Below, in pieces: positions 18,929 to 24,342 of a DNA stretch of 24,342 bases (its first letter is position 1; each line of letters begins with the position of its first letter). Source of the DNA: an uncultured Oligoflexus sp. (GTDB taxonomy: Bacteria > Bdellovibrionota_B > Oligoflexia > Oligoflexales > Oligoflexaceae); assembly GCA_964236955.1 (NCBI GenBank), contig CAXSGP010000074.1:1-24342 (forward strand), written 5' to 3'. The notes beneath the pieces are model-generated. The model saw only the letters and a program-made list of their open reading frames with translations. It made no database searches and was not told where the DNA came from. A program made the translations under genes and the position numbers.

Positions 18929-19978
18929 TTGAAGATTCTTATTACCGGTGGTGCCGGATTTATTGGCTCAGAATTAGTAAGACAACTCATTCATGAGAAC
19001 TTAGATGTTCTCAACTTTGACAAATTGACTTATGCCGGTAACCAAGATTCCCTTGTATCGGTTGACAGTTCTAAAAATTACCGCTTTGTTAAGGGTGACA
19101 TTGCAGACTCCCGTTTACTCGATGCAACCCTTGCTGAGTTTGAACCCGACGCTATTATGCACCTTGCCGCAGAGTCGCATGTCGATCGATCTATCGAAGG
19201 TCCAGGCGCATTTATTAACACCAATATTATTGGAACTTTCACTCTTCTTGAATCCGTACGTAAATACTGGAATAGGCTCACAGGTTTCAAACAGTGTAAT
19301 TTTCGCTTTCATCATATTTCGACCGATGAAGTGTATGGCACGCTTGGAGCGACGGGAGCGTTTACCGAGTCTCATCAGTATCAGCCGAATTCTCCGTACT
19401 CAGCTTCCAAGGCGGCATCAGATCATCTTGTGAGAGCCTGGCATCATACCTATCAGTTGCCTGTCATCACAACCAACTGCTCGAATAATTATGGGCCCTT
19501 TCAGTTTCCCGAGAAGCTCATTCCCTTGATGATTCTAAACTCCATACAAGGCAAACCCCTCCCCGTTTATGGGAAAGGCCTTAATATTAGAGACTGGCTT
19601 TATGTGGGAGACCATGCGGCAGCATTGAGATTGGTTTTGGAAAAAGGTCGTATTGGAGAGGTTTATAACATTGGGGGCTCTTCGGAAGCCACAAATCTCG
19701 ACGTTGTAAAGTCGATAGTAGGTATTCTTGACGAGTTGCTACCGCAGTCAAAATTCTGCCCACATGAGCAGCTGATACAGTTTGTGACCGATCGCAAGGG
19801 GCATGATTTCCGTTATGCGATCGATTGCAGTAAGATTGTATCCGAACTCGCTTGGAAGCCCCTGGAGAGTTTTGAAAGCGGTTTATACAAGACCGTTAAA
19901 TGGTATTTGGAAAATGAGCCATGGTGGAGCAGGGTACTTGACGGTTCTTATCGAAAAGGTCAAAGGGGCAAAAAATGA
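18929..19978 (+). CDS. rfbB: dTDP-glucose 4,6-dehydratase (RmlB)
   Basis: [64 protein letters not shown] and GHDFRYA. Confidence 0.98.
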   Translation: MKILITGGAGFIGSELVRQLIHENLDVLNFDKLTYAGNQDSLVSVDSSKNYRFVKGDIADSRLLDATLAEFEPDAIMHLAAESHVDRSIEGPGAFINTNIIGTFTLLESVRKYWNRLTGFKQCNFRFHHISTDEVYGTLGATGAFTESHQYQPNSPYSASKAASDHLVRAWHHTYQLPVITTNCSNNYGPFQFPEKLIPLMILNSIQGKPLPVYGKGLNIRDWLYVGDHAAALRLVLEKGRIGEVYNIGGSSEATNLDVVKSIVGILDELLPQSKFCPHEQLIQFVTDRKGHDFRYAIDCSKIVSELAWKPLESFESGLYKTVKWYLENEPWWSRVLDGSYRKGQRGKK

Positions 19979-20844
19979 AGGGTATAATACTGGCTGGCGG
20001 TTCGGGGACAAGGCTTGCGCCTATTACCATAGCGGTAAGTAAACAACTGCTCCCAATCTATGATAAGCCGATGATTTATTATCCGCTCTCTACTTTGATG
20101 CTAGCCGGGATCAAAGATATTCTTATCATAACCACCCCACATGACGCTCCCATGTTCAAACTGCTTCTGAAGGATGGCAGCCAATGGGGAATCTCCTTAA
20201 CTTATGCAGCTCAGCCCAAGCCAGACGGTTTAGCCCAAGCTTTTATCATCGGTGAAAGGTTTATTGGCAATGACTCGGTTTGCCTGGTCCTCGGTGACAA
20301 TATTTTTTATGGCGCTGGGCTTTCGCAGATGCTCCAAAAGGCAGCGCTGCAAACCAAGGGCGCGACAGTATTTGCCTATCACGTAAATAATCCTAAGGCC
20401 TATGGTGTCGTTGAATTCAACAAGGAGGGCAAGGCGATCTCAATAGAAGAGAAACCCAGTTCCCCAAAATCACCTTTTGCCGTCACCGGGCTCTACTTCT
20501 ACGATAATACGGTTATTGAAATTGCCAAGGGCATTAAGCCTTCCCAACGCGGTGAACTTGAGATTACCGACATCAATCTCAGCTACCTGCAAAAAGAAGC
20601 GCTTCAGGTGCAGATTTTTAATCGCGGCTTTGCTTGGCTGGATACTGGGACACACGAGTCTATGCTGGATGCCAATAATTTTATTGCCGCCATCCAAAAG
20701 CGTCAAAATTTTCTCATTGGCTCTGTTGAAGAAGTAGCCTGGCGGATGAAATATATCACCGATGATGCTCTAGCTGAGCTGGCCAGGCCGTTAATTAAAA
20801 CAGATTATGGGCGTCATCTGGATATTATTTCTCGAGGGGGCTGA
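19975..20844 (+). CDS. rfbA: Glucose-1-phosphate thymidylyltransferase (RmlA)
   Basis: [45 protein letters not shown] and [12 protein letters not shown] overlap with rfbB. Confidence 0.98.
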   Translation: MKGIILAGGSGTRLAPITIAVSKQLLPIYDKPMIYYPLSTLMLAGIKDILIITTPHDAPMFKLLLKDGSQWGISLTYAAQPKPDGLAQAFIIGERFIGNDSVCLVLGDNIFYGAGLSQMLQKAALQTKGATVFAYHVNNPKAYGVVEFNKEGKAISIEEKPSSPKSPFAVTGLYFYDNTVIEIAKGIKPSQRGELEITDINLSYLQKEALQVQIFNRGFAWLDTGTHESMLDANNFIAAIQKRQNFLIGSVEEVAWRMKYITDDALAELARPLIKTDYGRHLDIISRGG

Positions 20845-20847
20845 GTC

Positions 20848-21810
20848 ATGAGGCTGGAAGACCTGCGAATTCTTGTAACTGGCATGGGTGGCCAGGTTGG
20901 GTTTGAAGTCGCGAAGGCTCTGAGCCCAATATGTAGAAACCTCTACTTTTCCGCTCGGAAGGCCAATTCAAGATGGAACGTCCTAGGTACAAATTTTGTT
21001 GAGATGGATATGGAAGACGAGGCGGCGATGCAAGGAGTTCTTAAAATGCTTCGCCCTCAGATTATTATAAATGCGGCTGCCTACACTCAAGTCGATAAGG
21101 CCGAAGAAGATGAGGGTCGGGCTTTTCAAATCAATCATCGTGCATTAGAAATCTTCGTGGAACATTTGAAACCGGAAAAGGGAGCGATTGTCCATTTTTC
21201 CACAGACTATGTCTTCAATACTGACCATAACCATCCAATTGCCGAAGGAGAAATCAAAACGCCGGCTAGTGTCTACGGACGGTCCAAACTCGCCGGCGAA
21301 TCGGTGCTCAATGAAGCAAATATCCCCTACATTATTTTGAGAACATCGTGGGTCTATGGGGAGAACGGCAATAATTTTGTAAAAACTATGCTGCGACTCG
21401 GTAAAGAACGCAGTCAGCTCAAGATCGTGAACGATCAGATAGGCAGTCCCACTTGTGTTTCGACCTTAGCTAGCACCGTTGTTTCCATTCTCTCTCAAGG
21501 TCGAGATGAAACCATTTCATTCCTTGCTGACAGATCCGGCGATTATAATATTTCTGATCGGGGGTATACAAGTTGGTTTCACTTCGCAGAAATGATTTTT
21601 GAGAATGCTCGTCATTTGGGCTATGAAATTAAGGTTGATCAACTCCTACCCATTTCGAGTGCTGCTTACCCAACGAAAGCAAAGCGGCCATTAAATTCTA
21701 GAATGTCTTTGCAGAAAATAGAAAAAACTTTTGGAATTGTACCGCCCACCTGGAATCAAAGTTTAGGATTTTTTCTTTTACAGATGCAGAGCCAATCTCA
21801 AGGCTTATAG
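20848..21810 (+). CDS. rfbD: dTDP-4-dehydrorhamnose reductase (RmlD)
   Basis: VTGMGGQVG, NAAAYTQVDKAE, HFSTDYVF, YGRSKLAGE, RTSWVY, VNDQIGSPT and AKRPLNS. Confidence 0.96.
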   Translation: MRLEDLRILVTGMGGQVGFEVAKALSPICRNLYFSARKANSRWNVLGTNFVEMDMEDEAAMQGVLKMLRPQIIINAAAYTQVDKAEEDEGRAFQINHRALEIFVEHLKPEKGAIVHFSTDYVFNTDHNHPIAEGEIKTPASVYGRSKLAGESVLNEANIPYIILRTSWVYGENGNNFVKTMLRLGKERSQLKIVNDQIGSPTCVSTLASTVVSILSQGRDETISFLADRSGDYNISDRGYTSWFHFAEMIFENARHLGYEIKVDQLLPISSAAYPTKAKRPLNSRMSLQKIEKTFGIVPPTWNQSLGFFLLQMQSQSQGL

Positions 21811-22355
21811 TCAAGAAGTGACGGCTCGGCCAGATCCTCAAAGTAAATTCCATTGCAATCTTTTTCCGACACTTTAGGATTTGTCAAAGGCCACGATATA
21901 GCGAGTTTGGGGTCATCCCAGCGGATGCAAATCTCTGTTTCAGGATGATAGATTTCCGTGCATTTATAGGCGAAGATAGCCGACTCTGACAGCACGCAGA
22001 AACCATGGGCAAAACCGGGAGGGATCCAGAATTGATTCCCATCATCCTCACTTAGGATTATGCTTTCCCACATACCAAAGGTGGGTGACCCCTTTCTAAT
22101 ATCGACCGCAACATCAAAAACTCTGCCCAGAATCACAGACACGAGCTTTCCCTGCGGGAAGGTGTGCTGAAAATGAAGGCCGCGCAGCACTCCGTAAGCT
22201 GATGAGGAGAGATTATCCTGCACGAAATGGGCATCAATACCTTTTTCGATATATCTTTGCTCCTGATACGTTTCGATGAAGAAACCACGATGATCTCCAA
22301 ACTTCTTTGGCTGAATGTGAAGAGCGTCCAGAAGTGAGCATTTTGTGACTTCCAT
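21798..22355 (-). CDS. rfbC: dTDP-4-dehydrorhamnose 3,5-epimerase (RmlC)
   Basis: FGDHRGFF, FVQDNLS, GVLRGLHFQ, QGKLV, DVAVDIRKGSPTFG and PPGFAHGF; AGGA RBS. Confidence 0.97.
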   Translation of the reverse strand: MEVTKCSLLDALHIQPKKFGDHRGFFIETYQEQRYIEKGIDAHFVQDNLSSSAYGVLRGLHFQHTFPQGKLVSVILGRVFDVAVDIRKGSPTFGMWESIILSEDDGNQFWIPPGFAHGFCVLSESAIFAYKCTEIYHPETEICIRWDDPKLAISWPLTNPKVSEKDCNGIYFEDLAEPSLLDYKP

Positions 22356-22604
22356 TTATTTATCCTGTGCGATTGAGGCGTTCACCTAATGTAACCAAGC
22401 CGCGTAAAATTGCAATGTTTGGGCTCCACTGTCATCCTAATTCCTTAAAACAGCTTCGATGGGCGAAGACTTAAGCATGCCATAATGTGGGCAAAACCTA
22501 ATCGGCAAAAACTCCCTCAGTACCGTATAGTTGGCGAGGCGTAATTGGCGCATACTGCTTGTAATGGCCAGACTTCGTTTCTCCCATCGCCTGAGGATAT
22601 TGGA

Positions 22605-24029
22605 TTGTCTGCAATAGATGCAAAAGCGAAAGTGCTAGCTGTTGATCTGGACCACACCCTGATCAGGACCGATTTGCTTGAGGAATCCCTATTCATCTAT
22701 TTGAAAAAAAAGCCCTGGGGAATCTTCGAGCTTGTCAGCTTGAGACTCAAAGGCCGGCCTGACTTTAATAATTTCTTAGCCGATGCCATTAAAATCAAGG
22801 TTGATTGCCTCCCCTACAGCATAAAAGTCCTAGAACAAGTCGCCAAAGCCCGCGAGGCCGGTCAAACAGTCGTCCTCGCCTCAGCATCACCTTTGCGGTT
22901 CGCTCAAGCCGTTGCCGAACACTTGGATATATTTGATGCCGTGATTGCCTCGAAAGACAGCATTCTAAAAGGCAAAGTAAAAATTGAAGCGTTAAGGTCT
23001 CAATTTCCAAACGCCGAAATTCATTACATAGGCGATTCGGCCGACGATATCCCGATATGGAAAGACTGCGGCAAAGCCATGATGGTGAACCCTTCTCGGC
23101 GGACGCGAAAAAGCATTGAAAAGGCCAAGATCCCAATCGAAATGATTGATGATTCAAGGCGTATCAATCTTAAAGTCTTGCGAAGGGCCTGCCGCTATCA
23201 CCAATGGGCTAAAAATTTTCTTATCTTTCTTCCCCTTTTCCTTTCCCATGCGTACCAGTCCGACCTCTGGAAGATTGCCATCCTTGCTTTTGTTGCATTT
23301 TCAGCTACGGCCTCGTCCATCTACATTCTAAATGATCTTTTCGATCTTGAATCTGATCGAAAGCACGCCAAGAAAAGACAAAGGCCGTTCGCTTCCGGAG
23401 CATTAAGCCTTTCGCAAGGGGTTCTCCTCTATGGAATCACGGCCTCTATCGCCGTTACCCTCGCCGCCGTCATCGGCCCGGAATTTTTTATTTGCCTGCT
23501 CATTTATTTTTTGGCTAACCTTGCCTATACCTTAAGGCTCAAGCGGGTTCATAGCCTAGACATCATAATGCTTGCCGGCATGTATACCATACGAATTATC
23601 GCTGGCAGTATAACAACGGGCATAGAGGTCTCGCCATGGCTACTCGCCTTCTCTACGTTTTTGTTTTTTGGATTGGCCGCCTTGAAACGTTTTGTTGAGG
23701 TCTCCGGACTGCCTCCCAATCAACGGGCCTCGGGCCGTGGCTATTTTGCAGAAGACAGGATCCCTCTTGCCGTACTTGGGGGCGCCAGTTCTTTGATGGC
23801 TTGTCTCGTGCTTGCTCTCTACTTCAATAGTCCCGCTGTAAATCAAATGTATGAGAAGCCCGAAATTTTGTGGTTAATCTTGCCAATCCATATGTACTGG
23901 GTCAGCTCCATCTGGATATTAGCGAGTCGTGGCAAGATTGATGACGATCCTGTGTTGTTCACAATAAAGAGTCGAGCGACTTATATCCTAGCGGCAATTG
24001 TTGGAATAATCGTTTATACAGCTATATAA
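22605..24029 (+). CDS. HAD phosphatase-UbiA prenyltransferase fusion, copy 2
   Basis: DLDHT, ASAS, ILKG, YIGDSADD; RYHQWAKN, YILNDLFDLESDRKHAKKRQRPFASG, LKRFVE, GRGY, DDDP. Start placed at TTG 22605 (GAGGA RBS), which puts the DLD motif at residue 14 exactly as in copy 1. TTG 22545 is the longer alternative. Confidence 0.92.
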   Translation: MSAIDAKAKVLAVDLDHTLIRTDLLEESLFIYLKKKPWGIFELVSLRLKGRPDFNNFLADAIKIKVDCLPYSIKVLEQVAKAREAGQTVVLASASPLRFAQAVAEHLDIFDAVIASKDSILKGKVKIEALRSQFPNAEIHYIGDSADDIPIWKDCGKAMMVNPSRRTRKSIEKAKIPIEMIDDSRRINLKVLRRACRYHQWAKNFLIFLPLFLSHAYQSDLWKIAILAFVAFSATASSIYILNDLFDLESDRKHAKKRQRPFASGALSLSQGVLLYGITASIAVTLAAVIGPEFFICLLIYFLANLAYTLRLKRVHSLDIIMLAGMYTIRIIAGSITTGIEVSPWLLAFSTFLFFGLAALKRFVEVSGLPPNQRASGRGYFAEDRIPLAVLGGASSLMACLVLALYFNSPAVNQMYEKPEILWLILPIHMYWVSSIWILASRGKIDDDPVLFTIKSRATYILAAIVGIIVYTAI

Positions 24030-24279
24030 CGAGACATTTTAATTCGGTAGGAATTGATATTAAATATATTGAGATCTCAGATTCAAAGTGCGGCTTGCCA
24101 CTCGCGGCAAAGCTTAAGCAACGCAAGCTGCAGGTATCCCAACTTTTGGATGCCGCCCCAATCATTGGGTGGCCGCCATCCTAAGGGTCTTTCTCAATGG
24201 CTTCACCCCATCTTCTGCATAAACAAAAATGACGCGTCATAACCCCCTAAAATCTTTTCCAAAAAACCAAAATTCCAAC

Positions 24280-24308
24280 TTGACGATTCAAAACCGAATC
24301 CGTATAAA
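24280..24308 (+). promoter_or_regulatory. Near-consensus sigma70 promoter pointing out of the window
   Basis: TTGACG (24280-24285), 17 nt, TATAAA (24303-24308), with an A-rich UP-like tract upstream and a GATTC-N6-GAATC inverted repeat in the spacer. Confidence 0.6.
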
Positions 24309-24342
24309 CCTATCTCTCGGCGGGAAGTGAATAAAATCAAAC

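Noticed and set aside
24054..24342. 62-aa ORF at 24054-24242 and a possible GTG start at 24327
   Set aside because: The ORF has no motifs and crosses hairpin and palindrome sequence. Only five codons of the putative next gene are visible, too few to call.

Overview
Bacterial cell-surface polysaccharide locus with 19 supportable CDS (one truncated by the left edge) in 10 alternating strand blocks. It encodes GDP-D-rhamnose synthesis (gmd, rmd), dTDP-L-rhamnose synthesis (rfbBAD plus an inverted rfbC), a Wzm/Wzt ABC exporter with a C-terminal glycan-binding domain, and four GT4 glycosyltransferases. It also has two SAM methyltransferases (one with a long coiled coil), an O-antigen-ligase-like protein lacking the usual His-Asn motif, two GT-C-like polytopic membrane proteins, and two full-length paralogous HAD-UbiA fusions (polyprenyl-phosphate phosphoribosyltransferase type). 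The best working model, which is inference, is a methyl-capped, ABC-exported D-rhamnan decorated outside the cytoplasm with pentofuranose from lipid-linked donors. The clearest non-genic discovery is a 121-bp MITE-like palindrome (17091-17211) with an 11-bp terminal inverted repeat and a perfect 6-bp flanking duplication. It sits in the former overlap of two convergent stop codons and leaves both proteins unchanged. No rRNA, tRNA, CRISPR array or transposase was seen. All calls come from manual reading; no searches were run.
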